Shown here one piece after another: positions 28,901 through 37,633 of a stretch of 64,000 nt of DNA (the stretch's first letter is position 1; each line of letters begins with the position of its first letter). The notes beneath the pieces were generated by a model that ran no database searches, had not been told where the DNA came from, and saw only the letters and a list, made by a program, of their open reading frames with translations. This DNA comes from Vallitalea okinawensis (GTDB lineage Bacteria > Bacillota > Clostridia > Lachnospirales > PQDH01), in assembly GCF_002964605.1 (NCBI RefSeq), contig NZ_PQDH01000002.1:541090-605089 (forward strand), read 5' to 3'. Both the position numbers and the translations under genes were made by a program.

Positions 28901-30906
28901 TTATTAAGGAGTGAGAATAGGGATGAAATTTTCTCTATGATCTCTGTTGTCATTGTAGGATCTTCTATCTTAAAGTTACTTACAATATCGATAAGAAGCT
29001 CTAAATCAGCAGAAGTGTCATCCATCTTTTCTGCAAGCTCCTTACCTTCCTTCGATTTATGAACATCTTCGATTTCATCATGTAACTTTTGTACTTGATC
29101 AGCATAAGGTTTAAGCCCTTCTGGCTTAATTAAGAACTCAACACATTTTTTAGAGAACTCTTCATTCTTTTCTCTTACTCTCGTATCAAGGGATTCAACA
29201 ATATCAAGGTCTGTATACCTTAAATCTCTTAGTGAAACAATTTTACCTCGTAGATTCCGTATGTCAGCTAATACCTTGACGTATTCGTTTACTGAATCAA
29301 AGGTACCGTACTGAAGTTTTTTAAGGAGTTCTTCAGATTCATTATTAACATCAGTAATTTGCTTTTTAGTTGAATTCTTTATTCGAACTACTTTTTCAAA
29401 CTCACCAATGGCGAAAGTAGAGGTCTCTTTTATACTTAAAAGAACTTCTTTTAAATTATATACTTCTTGTTTATCTAACCAGAAATACCCATCAATGATT
29501 TGCTCAGCTTCTTTAACTATATCAATATAAATACTCTGGTAACTCTCACCTTTTGTAATGAGCTTGTAGACAATTTTGCAATCAGCCATGCAGTTAACTA
29601 TATCTTTATTGCCGATATTAAAAAGAATGGAATCACTTTGACCTTCTCTTACATAATTTTTACCTACATAAGGCGTTTGCCAAATTTGTATCATGTGATT
29701 CTTTCTTGGCTCATTTTCATGTTTGAATACAATCATTTCACCGTTATTAAAATGAGAGTAGCCGCTACATACGATTGGTGTCTCTATTGTTTGCTCGATG
29801 ATGTTATAGGAATAGACAATGTATATACCGCTATCCATGTTATAAAAAATATACTGATAATCTTCTCCATTTGATGAAGTGACCATCTGATCAAAAACTG
29901 AATTTTCATTGGGAACATCAAATATTTTATGTTCACCATTTTGTAAATAATAGCCTTTCGGAAAAATAAGTCCATGATTCCCAGGCAATAATAAACAAGT
30001 ATCTTTTATTGAATCGATTCTAACAATATTCTTTAATTTGTTGTTAAAAACAAAATATCTGAAGTCTGTTTCATTAAATGGTCGGATTTTTAATATGATC
30101 AATTGGTCTAAGTCTGCATAGTAAATCTCTGCATCGTCAAGATTCTGATCTTTGTCCTCTACAGCTTCTGAATATATGCCCTTACCAGTCTCTGTATTAT
30201 CCTCAACTTTAATTGTAAGATCACCATTGATTGTTTCAACAAAAACTTTATCTAGAATAGAAACATGAGGATAAAGTCCATTGCGTTGGTCATCCCGGGT
30301 GGCTTTGATATAGTTAAACTCATTTTTATTTGTAAACTTAACCTCATGGTCACTTCTACTATCAACGTATGTGAGCTTATTGCCTTCAATCAACCATTTA
30401 AATACTTTAATATCTGTGGCACTCTTTCCAGTCTGAAAAATCATATAGAAATAGGGTTCTGTTATAGTAAATTTGGCAAAAAATGTATTCTTATAATATT
30501 TGTACAGTTCATCGAAGTCTTTTACAAACTGCTGGTCATTAATGAGATTAAGATTTTGTTTCTGAAAGGTACGATCTTTAAAGTGATAAATAGAAAATAC
30601 ATCACTCAGCTCAACTTTAGTTTTAAGGCCAATATGGACATTGTAACCAAATATAAAGCAATCATCTACAGGTGCCATATCTCGTGGTATACAATTGTTC
30701 TCAGTTATGATTCGCTCACTACCAAGAAGCTTTGTCTCAATGGAGCCAAAGACTTCTTTTCTCACTGTGTTAAGCTTTTCCAAACGTTCCTTTAAGTCAT
30801 CTCCATGTTTAATAAGACGATTTCTAATGACCTCATAAGTACCATTTTCCATACCATCATTGTTATTTCCTTTTTTCTTTATCTCTTTATCATCTCTAAC
30901 GTCCAA
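25933..30906 (-). CDS. giant (1657 aa) cytoplasmic protein with a single internal AAA_5 (MoxR/McrB/dynein-type) NTPase domain; function unknown
   Basis: Continuous ORF starting at a TTG (30906-30904), with GAGGT about 9 nt upstream. Walker A VSPPGYGKTTL near residue 1230, Walker B-like IYVDDIQHCNPEFL, sensor-like VVMAGNPYTESGEKFKIPDMLSNRADV. Long predicted coiled-coil and helical regions. No TM segments. Confidence 0.7.
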   Translation of the reverse strand: MDVRDDKEIKKKGNNNDGMENGTYEVIRNRLIKHGDDLKERLEKLNTVRKEVFGSIETKLLGSERIITENNCIPRDMAPVDDCFIFGYNVHIGLKTKVELSDVFSIYHFKDRTFQKQNLNLINDQQFVKDFDELYKYYKNTFFAKFTITEPYFYMIFQTGKSATDIKVFKWLIEGNKLTYVDSRSDHEVKFTNKNEFNYIKATRDDQRNGLYPHVSILDKVFVETINGDLTIKVEDNTETGKGIYSEAVEDKDQNLDDAEIYYADLDQLIILKIRPFNETDFRYFVFNNKLKNIVRIDSIKDTCLLLPGNHGLIFPKGYYLQNGEHKIFDVPNENSVFDQMVTSSNGEDYQYIFYNMDSGIYIVYSYNIIEQTIETPIVCSGYSHFNNGEMIVFKHENEPRKNHMIQIWQTPYVGKNYVREGQSDSILFNIGNKDIVNCMADCKIVYKLITKGESYQSIYIDIVKEAEQIIDGYFWLDKQEVYNLKEVLLSIKETSTFAIGEFEKVVRIKNSTKKQITDVNNESEELLKKLQYGTFDSVNEYVKVLADIRNLRGKIVSLRDLRYTDLDIVESLDTRVREKNEEFSKKCVEFLIKPEGLKPYADQVQKLHDEIEDVHKSKEGKELAEKMDDTSADLELLIDIVSNFKIEDPTMTTEIIEKISSLFSLLNNAKARLKTRVEEFTKSEMTTQFNSQMKLLSQAVVNYLDVSDTVDKCDQYLNKVMVQIQELEGKFAEFDEYVIQLSEKREELYSAFESKKQALLDKLNKRMTSLFNSSERIMSGIANRVKNFDSVEDINGYLATDIMAEKVRDIIATLRELGDTVKADEISSKLKTLKEDAIRQLKDKQELYVGNDNVIKLGQHHFSVNTKAIDLSIVQKDADLYYHITGTDFWDKVNHEEIDKYGHVFGQSIVSENEDVYRAEYLAYLVFKAASNKELESIDNLYSMSESQLVEVVQKFMEPRYKEGYTKGVHDFDGAKILKALLELHQNIDLLVYKSEVRALGRMYWNCLADAETKDLLFLRLRELAKVNLYFKATPNLESYIPYIIEKLEKTFDSMTFFDKEDVPSAAEYLCKEIMKGEEFVVSREAKRIYDGFMMYLRDKKAMDDFTASIKNSSKDIEGLFYLIKEWIHAYRLDILVQNNQTESEELSDINVSIFENIDEEELFGVLDEVIVLLIENNSNLGRVISVDTKLNITGLVGTHRVIDNGSYKLAYTQFMNKLVHYDDVIAIDYMKFQEIKKELIQGFKDELHLDDFKPKVLTSFVRNRLIDEVYLPLIGDNLAKQIGVVGENKRTDLMGMLLLVSPPGYGKTTLMEYIASRLGIILVKVNGPSLGHEVTSLDPAKANNTSARDELRKLNLALKMGNNVMIYVDDIQHCNPEFLQKFISLCDGQRKIEGVYNGVGQTYDLRGKKVAVVMAGNPYTESGEKFKIPDMLSNRADVYNLGDMLRENEEAFKLSYIENSLTSNTVLSKLSSRSQKDLYGLIEMASGAERENVNFESNYSIDELNEYVGVIEKLSHVRDIVLKVNMAYIYSAAQADEYRSEPPFKLQGSYRNMNKIAEKVVSVMNEEELFQVILGSYENDSQTLTTGAEANMLKWKEIVGRLTGEEQQRWDEIKKIFVKNKLVKGDDKLGQAVMVLSNLTENIEVIKDILAKGRS

Positions 30907-30930
30907 TATTATCTACCTCATCTATATACA

Positions 30931-30969
30931 TTGAACTAAGATTTAATACAGCTCTCAATCTTAGTTCAA
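30931..30969. other. perfect 13-bp inverted repeat (TTGAACTAAGATT ... AATCTTAGTTCAA) in the 83-bp spacer between the flotillin and giant ATPase genes
   Basis: Direct reading of the sequence. Stem 13 bp, loop 13 nt, no strong T-tract. Confidence 0.6.
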
Positions 30970-30989
30970 TATATTTTCCTTGATTCAAC

Positions 30990-33020
30990 TTATTTAAGTT
31001 TAGTGTCAATCATTTTTGCTGGTAAATTACCTACTCCTGCCTTATCAACAGTGTCCAACAATTTACCTAGCATTGTCTTATCTTCTCCATCAGCATTTTT
31101 CATCATTTTATTAACAGCACCAGCTATGGATAGGTTTTTCAAGTCTTCTGATGTTAAGTTAAATCGACTAACTAAATCCTGTAACTGTTTTTGGAAGTAC
31201 TCTGGATCACCAGTAATAAATGTCTCTTTAATGTCTGAAAGTACTTCACTATTATTAACTAGACGATCATAGGATTTACCTTGAGCAATTGAACCAATGA
31301 TCTTATCAAAGAACATGGTTTCTCCACCAACGATATCAATTTTAGCTGACTTAAGTGCCTCTCTAATAACTGAAGCTTGTGATTGAGCAATTTCTGTCTG
31401 AATATTGATATTAGCAAGCTCAATTTCTTTCTCTTTTTCAAGTTGAAGTTTGAACTCTTCATGACCTCTGCCCACTTCATCTAATGCCTTCATACTATTA
31501 GCTTTCTCTTTGATACCTTCTGCTTCTGCAAGGTATTTTTTCTTTAAGACATCTGCTTCAACGGTTCCTTCTTTTTCTTTTACCTCAATCTTCGCTGTAT
31601 CGCCTTTCGCCTGCGCTAAAGCTTTTGCTTCAATAACTTTTGCTTCAGCAATACCACTGGTAGACTCTTCAAGAATATTAGCATCTACAATAACCTTAAT
31701 TGCTTCTGCTTCTTTTTGTGATGCTTTTAATTTTGCATCTGCATCAATAACAGTTTTTTCTGCATTTCTTTCAGCTGCTTGTTTAGAAGCCTCTGCCGTT
31801 TGAACCTTGATAATAAGGTCTTGCTCTGCTTGCTCCTCTGCCTTTTTAATAGCCACAGTCTTATAACGATCTGCCTCAGCAATCGCACGAGTATCTTTGA
31901 TCTTCTCTTCTTCTACAACTGTATCTTTCTCAACAGCTACTCTTTCTCTGATGACTGTCTGAATATTCTTCTTTTCAACTTCTACTTCTTTTTCTTTCGC
32001 AATAGTAGCAAGCTCCACTAATTTATCTTTCTCGGTTCTTTCAAGTAACCTTTTTCTATCAACTCTTTCAGTTTCAACAGCGTCTGTACTTTCTTTTGCT
32101 TTCTGAGCAATAATTACTTGTCTCTCTTTGTTTTGTTCAGCAACTTCAATTTCCTCATCAGCCTTAACTCTTGCCATCTCTGACTTAAATCGCTCTTCTT
32201 GAGCAACCTTTTCAGCTTCTGCAGTTTCTCTAGAATTGATAATAGAAACCTCACGTTTTTGCTTTGCCTCTGCCTCTGCATTTTGCTTCTCAAGTTCAAG
32301 TATAGCTTCTCTTGCTGTTACATCCTGTTGCTTAAGTGTCTTTTGCTCATCTCTTTCTATTTGGTTAGCTAAGATACGTTGCTCTGCAGTAAGCTCTGTG
32401 ATTTTCTTAATACCTTCTGAATCTAAAATATTATTGCTATTTAATAGATTAACGTCTGTTTGTTCTAGATAATCGATAGCTGCATCATCCATGACATAAC
32501 CATTTAAGTCTGTTCCAATGATCTGGAGAATTTCACTTTTAAAAGTCTCTCTTTCAGTATAAAGCTGAACAAAGTCAAACTTTTTACCTACTGTTTTTAA
32601 GGCTTCTGAGAACTTTGCATCAAAAAACTCCATTAAAGTAGTAGGATCGGATGCCTTTTGGCAACCTAATGATTGTGCTACTTTTAAAACATCCTCACTG
32701 GTTTGGTTTACTCTAACGAAAAAAGCAACTCTAATATCGGCTCTTAAATTATCCTTACAAATTAAGCCATCTTTACCTTCTCTGGCAATCTCTACTCTCT
32801 TTACTGAAATATCCATCACTTCATATCTGTGTATGATTGGTACGACAAACATGCCGCCAAAACTTACGATAGGACCACCAACACCATTTCTAACAATGAC
32901 CTTACCTTGCTCAACTTTATGATAGAACCTTGAAAACAGCGCTAATAATCCTACAATGACAATAACCGCTACCCCAATACTGACTAAAGTAACTTGACTT
33001 AAAAAATCCATTCTTATCAC
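30990..33020 (-). CDS. flotillin-like SPFH/band-7 protein (FloT/YqiK type)
   Basis: 676 aa. N-terminal TM (VTLVSIGVAVIVIVGLLALF), SPFH domain, then a very long Ala/Glu-rich coiled coil (EAEAKQKRE..., AEEQAEQDL...) as in YqiK/FloT. Confidence 0.85.
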   Translation of the reverse strand: MIRMDFLSQVTLVSIGVAVIVIVGLLALFSRFYHKVEQGKVIVRNGVGGPIVSFGGMFVVPIIHRYEVMDISVKRVEIAREGKDGLICKDNLRADIRVAFFVRVNQTSEDVLKVAQSLGCQKASDPTTLMEFFDAKFSEALKTVGKKFDFVQLYTERETFKSEILQIIGTDLNGYVMDDAAIDYLEQTDVNLLNSNNILDSEGIKKITELTAEQRILANQIERDEQKTLKQQDVTAREAILELEKQNAEAEAKQKREVSIINSRETAEAEKVAQEERFKSEMARVKADEEIEVAEQNKERQVIIAQKAKESTDAVETERVDRKRLLERTEKDKLVELATIAKEKEVEVEKKNIQTVIRERVAVEKDTVVEEEKIKDTRAIAEADRYKTVAIKKAEEQAEQDLIIKVQTAEASKQAAERNAEKTVIDADAKLKASQKEAEAIKVIVDANILEESTSGIAEAKVIEAKALAQAKGDTAKIEVKEKEGTVEADVLKKKYLAEAEGIKEKANSMKALDEVGRGHEEFKLQLEKEKEIELANINIQTEIAQSQASVIREALKSAKIDIVGGETMFFDKIIGSIAQGKSYDRLVNNSEVLSDIKETFITGDPEYFQKQLQDLVSRFNLTSEDLKNLSIAGAVNKMMKNADGEDKTMLGKLLDTVDKAGVGNLPAKMIDTKLK

Positions 33021-33577
33021 TCCTCAAATTTCACGATGTAATATATATTCTTATCGGTGTCTTTTCTATTAACGAATGCAACTTCACCTTTTACAAATGA
33101 ATCTCCATCATATTCTGACTTAACATTAAAGATTAAGGGAGCTCCATCTCTTTTTATTTCTGCCTGTCCTATTCTCCCACTATTGACATCACAAATAAGT
33201 ACACATAGTTGTTTGATTACTTGATTACCTCTATTATCTTGCATATTGCTATACTTAAATATACCTTTTAACGGTTTTGACTCAAACTTAGTAATGATCA
33301 TACTCACGATTAAAGCTGGTAGTAGCAATATCCCTTGTATCGCCCCTCCAGCAGTTATGGGTAAGTAATACATCATCATAGTTACTATCCAAAAGTTGAG
33401 CATCCATATACTAAAAACCAACATAAAAGGCAACTCAGCTACATTTAGAAAGGCTAATATAGCATAAAAAGGTCCTGATTGATCAGCAGCATCAAGGTCT
33501 ATATCAAAATCAAGAAAATCAAAATCTAAAGTACCAACAATAACACTGATCCAATAAAACAATACTAACCCTAACAA
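33017..33577 (-). CDS. NfeD/YqiJ(YuaF)-like membrane protein, the usual flotillin partner
   Basis: 186 aa. N-terminal membrane helices, then a C-terminal soluble beta-rich segment. Overlaps the flotillin start by 4 nt (translational coupling), as in yuaF-floT and yqiJ-yqiK pairs. Confidence 0.65.
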   Translation of the reverse strand: MLGLVLFYWISVIVGTLDFDFLDFDIDLDAADQSGPFYAILAFLNVAELPFMLVFSIWMLNFWIVTMMMYYLPITAGGAIQGILLLPALIVSMIITKFESKPLKGIFKYSNMQDNRGNQVIKQLCVLICDVNSGRIGQAEIKRDGAPLIFNVKSEYDGDSFVKGEVAFVNRKDTDKNIYYIVKFEE

Positions 33578-33902
33578 TACAGTAGGTATAATATTAACCC
33601 CTGTAACAGCATATTGTAATAACTCCGTCGTAACAACCCCCTAACTCTATATATTATGATTATATCAGCTCATTTCCTTATTATAACAAAAAACATCTTG
33701 GTAATAAATACCTGTAATCATAAAAACACCAAAATATATTATACTTGTAATTTTATTACCACCTCTAAAGATAGTCAAGGTAAATTGCTTATAGACATAA
33801 TAATCTTGCTTATCTTATACATTTTAAATCATAAAATCGCAGATAACTATTATAATTCGACATATATACCATGCTAATAATACTCTTAGCTTTTTTCCAC
33901 TA

Positions 33903-33925
33903 TAAAAGAGGAGGTAACCCTCCTC
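33903..33925 (-). terminator. terminator downstream of the BCCT transporter gene
   Basis: Stem GAGGAGG / CCTCCTC with a 4-nt loop. Followed on the minus strand by TTTTAT. Confidence 0.5.
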
Positions 33926-34056
33926 ATAAATTATAACTTCTATTATCATCACCAATATCAGTACAGAAATGCTTCTCAAACAATTCTTACTACGATTCTT
34001 TTGCTTTCATAATTACTGAACTTAGTTTTATCCTCTCTAAAGAAGTTATCTTGCAT

Positions 34057-35619
34057 TTATCCGTCCTTGGAAACCACATCGTACTTGTCTGATTTTTTCA
34101 TCATCAGTAACAAAGAAACTATGCTTAAGACACCTAAGAATAATGCTGGAAAACCACCTAGATATGAAAGCATTTTTATTCCATCAATACCAAGGGTTGC
34201 AATGAAAATTAAAGATACTGCACCGATGATAATTCCCCAAACTACCTTAATTAATAATGGTGCTTCTTGGCTTCCATCTTTAATGCCAGAAGTACATATA
34301 CTTGCCATAGCATTGGTTGTTGAATCTGTAGCTGTGATAAAAGAAATCATTACCGCGATCAAATAAATACCTATAATTAAACCTGAAAGAGGTAATTCAC
34401 TGAGAACAGCATACGCTGCAGCTGCAGATCCTTGCTCATTCATCTTAGCAATTACATCCACTTTTCCTGTCAATTGAAAATTAATAGTTGTACCTGAGAG
34501 TATTGTCATCCAAACAGTACTAAAAATACTAGGTACAATGAAATTCATCATAATAACTTCCTTAATTTTGTAACCATAAGCTATCCTTGCTAGAAATACA
34601 GCTGAAACAGGAGCCCATGCCATCCAGTTAGACCAGTAAAACATTGTCCAACCTGAAGCCCATGAATCTCCAGAAGATGCACCTGTAAACAAAGCTTTAG
34701 AAAAAAAGTTATCAATAAATCCTCCAAAAGCTTCAGTACCCAAACTCGAAAAATAAGTGAAAGGACCCAGAAATAGCAATGCTGCAATTATGACATAATA
34801 AAGATATACATTAACATCGGATAATACCCTAATTCCTTTCATTAAACCTGTACCAGAAGAAATGATAAAAGCTATTGTACCCATAATGGTGATCATTATC
34901 CAAAGGGTTTTATCATTATCCATACCAAAAAGGGCGTTTAATCCGCCCCCCATATTCATAACAGCAGTACCGAATGAAGAAGATATCCCCGCAGCTACTG
35001 TAAAGAGAACAATAGCATCTATGATTCCGTTTATTTTTCTTTGATTATTATGCGATATTAGAGGTGATATTTGAGATCCAACACTAAATGAACGCTTCAT
35101 ATTATAATAAGCAAAAGCAAATACGATAGTTGGTACTGCATAGATTCCATAAGGTATGAAAGTCCAATGAAGAAACATGGTCTCCATAGCAAATTTGGCT
35201 GCTTCTGGCGACATAGGAGCTATTCCTAATGATTCTGGTGGATAAGCTAAATGCCACATTGGTTCAGCTGTACCCCAAAAAAGTATGCCTGCTGCTATGG
35301 TTGTACACAATGTTATGGCAAACCATGATGATTTTTTTAGCATTGGTTTCGCGTTTTTTCCACCAAGTCTCACTTCCCCTAGTGGTGAAAAATACGCCAA
35401 GACAATGACGATGACACACATTACTCCAACAATACTAAACACCCACCCCATGTCAATGACCATGAAATCTTTAGCTAATGTTGTTATGCTTAAAAAAGCA
35501 TCATAGTTCACAAAGTTCAATACAATTGTCATAATCAGCAAAATAAATGCTGGAAAAAAAACAAATGGTCTAATTTTTGCTAATAATGATTTTTCAGTAT
35601 TACTATTTGTATTATTCAA
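34057..35619 (-). CDS. BCCT family transporter (betaine/carnitine/choline)
   Basis: 520 aa, about 12 TM. The GILFWGTAEPMWH motif is the BCCT family signature. Confidence 0.85.
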   Translation of the reverse strand: MNNTNSNTEKSLLAKIRPFVFFPAFILLIMTIVLNFVNYDAFLSITTLAKDFMVIDMGWVFSIVGVMCVIVIVLAYFSPLGEVRLGGKNAKPMLKKSSWFAITLCTTIAAGILFWGTAEPMWHLAYPPESLGIAPMSPEAAKFAMETMFLHWTFIPYGIYAVPTIVFAFAYYNMKRSFSVGSQISPLISHNNQRKINGIIDAIVLFTVAAGISSSFGTAVMNMGGGLNALFGMDNDKTLWIMITIMGTIAFIISSGTGLMKGIRVLSDVNVYLYYVIIAALLFLGPFTYFSSLGTEAFGGFIDNFFSKALFTGASSGDSWASGWTMFYWSNWMAWAPVSAVFLARIAYGYKIKEVIMMNFIVPSIFSTVWMTILSGTTINFQLTGKVDVIAKMNEQGSAAAAYAVLSELPLSGLIIGIYLIAVMISFITATDSTTNAMASICTSGIKDGSQEAPLLIKVVWGIIIGAVSLIFIATLGIDGIKMLSYLGGFPALFLGVLSIVSLLLMMKKSDKYDVVSKDG

Positions 35620-35823
35620 GATAAAGCCCCCTATATAATCTTATTTTTTCTTGTGTATACTCTCAACCTCTCTATATACGATTCTCAAAAGTAATTTTTT
35701 TATATCATTAGTCATGTTATCAAAATAAGTCGATTTTAAGTATAATTAACTTGATATTAGTCATCAATGTTGTATAATAATTATATAACTTATGCTACTA
35801 AATTGATTAAAGAGGTGGTTACT

Positions 35824-36387
35824 ATGAAAAACTTACTTTCCCTATTAGAAGATAATCCAATCATAGGTGGTGTTAAAGACAACAAAGGTTTAGATGAAGT
35901 CCTAAGATCCGATTGCAACGTTGTATTTGTTCTATATGGTAACATATTAACCATCAGCGATATCATAGATAAAGTTAAAAATTCAGGCAAACTTGCATTT
36001 GTTCATGTTGATTTACTGGAAGGTACATCTCACAAAGATGTAGTTATTGAATATATTAAGGAAAAGACAAAAGCAGATGGTATTATTAGTACGAAAGCAC
36101 ATATGATACAAGTGGCTAGAGAATATGGTCTTTTCACAGTACATCGTTTCTTTCTTGTGGACTCAATGTCTTTTTACAGTCTAGAAAAACAAATATCACA
36201 TTCCAAGCCTGACTGCATTGAAATTATGCCAGGCTGTATGCCAAAAGTATTAGGTTGGGTTGTTGACTTGGTTGATGTTCCTATCATAGCAGGTGGCTTA
36301 GTATGTGCAAAAGATGATGTTGTTAACGCCCTTAAAGCTGGAGCTACTGCAATTTCTACAACAAATATGGGGGTTTGGAAGGTGTAG
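35824..36387 (+). CDS. glpP: GlpP-family glycerol-3-phosphate-responsive antiterminator
   Basis: Start moved to ATG 35824 (RBS AAGAGGTGG upstream). MKNLLSLLEDNPIIGGVKD...FVHVDLLEGTSHKDV... matches GlpP. Confidence 0.7.
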   Translation: MKNLLSLLEDNPIIGGVKDNKGLDEVLRSDCNVVFVLYGNILTISDIIDKVKNSGKLAFVHVDLLEGTSHKDVVIEYIKEKTKADGIISTKAHMIQVAREYGLFTVHRFFLVDSMSFYSLEKQISHSKPDCIEIMPGCMPKVLGWVVDLVDVPIIAGGLVCAKDDVVNALKAGATAISTTNMGVWKV

Positions 36388-37633
36388 TTTCTTTCAAAGC
36401 TTCAAGAATGTACTGCTTTAATTTACCTATACCGTTTTCAGTAAAAATCGTCGCACCTTTTAAATAATTTTCAATAGATACCCTTTTGATGATTTCTTTT
36501 GCTTCCATATATTCATGATAATTCTGTGGTAGGAAATTTATATGTAAATGTGCATCTAGCATATGCCCAAATACTACATATCGAATATCTGTTTGTAGAT
36601 TCACATAATGACATATATCTTTAATATTACTTATATCAGTTGATAATTTTGTTATTCTATTATCTGATTTTTTTGCTTGCTCGATGGACATATTGCAACA
36701 TTCAGCTGCTGCATGTCTATAATTCGCCATTTTATCCAAGTCATCTTCCGTGGATACTGCTAAAGCTTGATCAATATCTGAGTGGTTATTAGCTGCTAAA
36801 TCCATCAAAATCTCTGCTGATCTTTCAATATCTTCTTCATTATCCGAAAAAATTTCTGTATAAATCATATGGACATCTTTTTCAAATTCAGGAACTCCTT
36901 TTAGCTTATCCATGCCATACCGAAATTCTTGAATAAGAGCAATCGCACTAGCGCTCATATACTCAAAACTCATTATATTCTCGATTTTACTTTCTTCCAC
37001 ATCTTTGGCAAAACCAACAGCATCCTCTGTTCTATCAAAAAGAAAAACAATACCCCATATATGCTCCGCTTTTTTTAGTAATTTTAATCGAAGTTGGGTA
37101 ACTACGCCTGCTTTTCCTTCCTTTTTATAGTAATTATATATTTTCTCATCTTCCGTGGAAATGATGTGCTTACGACCATCAAAGTCGATTACTTCTATCC
37201 CAGCAAAGTACTTGATGCTGTCACCTAAGCTATAATTTCTAGGACCTCTAGCCCCCGTTGAGAAAATCCCTCCAATACTTGCTGTTTTCTCTGTACAATC
37301 TACAGGAAAAAAGTATCCCTTTTTCTCACGATTAACAAATTCATTTATGGCAAATAGCGGTACACCAGGCATTACTGAAAGTATATCATCATCAATAGTG
37401 AATATCTTATCCATTTTACTCAAATTTATTAGTAGACCACCATGAGGTACACTTCCACCAACAATTCCAGTTCTACCACCTTGTACAGTTATAATGCTGT
37501 TTTCTTTATTATTGCTTTTTAGTAAGTCAATAACCTCTTCTTCGCATGTAGGGAACTCGATATAGTCACAGAATCCTTGCAATTTAGACTCATCACTTAA
37601 ATAATCAACATACTTATCTTGATATTTATTCAT
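36356..37633 (-). CDS. FAD-binding oxidoreductase (FAD_binding_4 / GlcD-like FAD-linked oxidase)
   Basis: VQGGRTGIVGGSVPHGGLLINLSKMDKI is the FAD-binding PCMH-type motif. Overlaps the upstream ETF-alpha gene. Confidence 0.8.
   Translation of the reverse strand: MNKYQDKYVDYLSDESKLQGFCDYIEFPTCEEEVIDLLKSNNKENSIITVQGGRTGIVGGSVPHGGLLINLSKMDKIFTIDDDILSVMPGVPLFAINEFVNREKKGYFFPVDCTEKTASIGGIFSTGARGPRNYSLGDSIKYFAGIEVIDFDGRKHIISTEDEKIYNYYKKEGKAGVVTQLRLKLLKKAEHIWGIVFLFDRTEDAVGFAKDVEESKIENIMSFEYMSASAIALIQEFRYGMDKLKGVPEFEKDVHMIYTEIFSDNEEDIERSAEILMDLAANNHSDIDQALAVSTEDDLDKMANYRHAAAECCNMSIEQAKKSDNRITKLSTDISNIKDICHYVNLQTDIRYVVFGHMLDAHLHINFLPQNYHEYMEAKEIIKRVSIENYLKGATIFTENGIGKLKQYILEALKETTPSKPPYLL

Noticed and set aside
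27575-30795. Plus-strand ORFs (70-176 aa) inside the giant gene
   Set aside because: All are antisense to the continuous 4.97-kb minus-strand ORF and are hydrophobic, low-complexity shadow frames.
25933-30906. Giant protein as SMC/RecN-like 'DNA repair ATPase' or as a bacterial dynamin
   Set aside because: The Walker A is internal and has an AAA_5 (MoxR/McrB) context. There is no N-terminal ABC/SMC Walker A with a C-terminal signature motif, and no N-terminal GTPase G1-G4 motifs.
31003-32472. Several 60-100-aa ORFs on both strands inside the flotillin gene
   Set aside because: They are products of the Ala/Glu-rich coiled-coil coding repeats read in alternative frames.
33656-33877. 73-aa plus-strand ORF in the NfeD-BCCT intergenic region
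   Set aside because: The region is AT-rich promoter and terminator sequence. There is no RBS and the peptide is Ile/Asn-rich and low-complexity.
35620-35823. Possible riboswitch upstream of the BCCT transporter or the glpP-like gene
   Set aside because: The region is AT-rich with no conserved riboswitch core that I recognise. It is more simply read as divergent promoter sequence.
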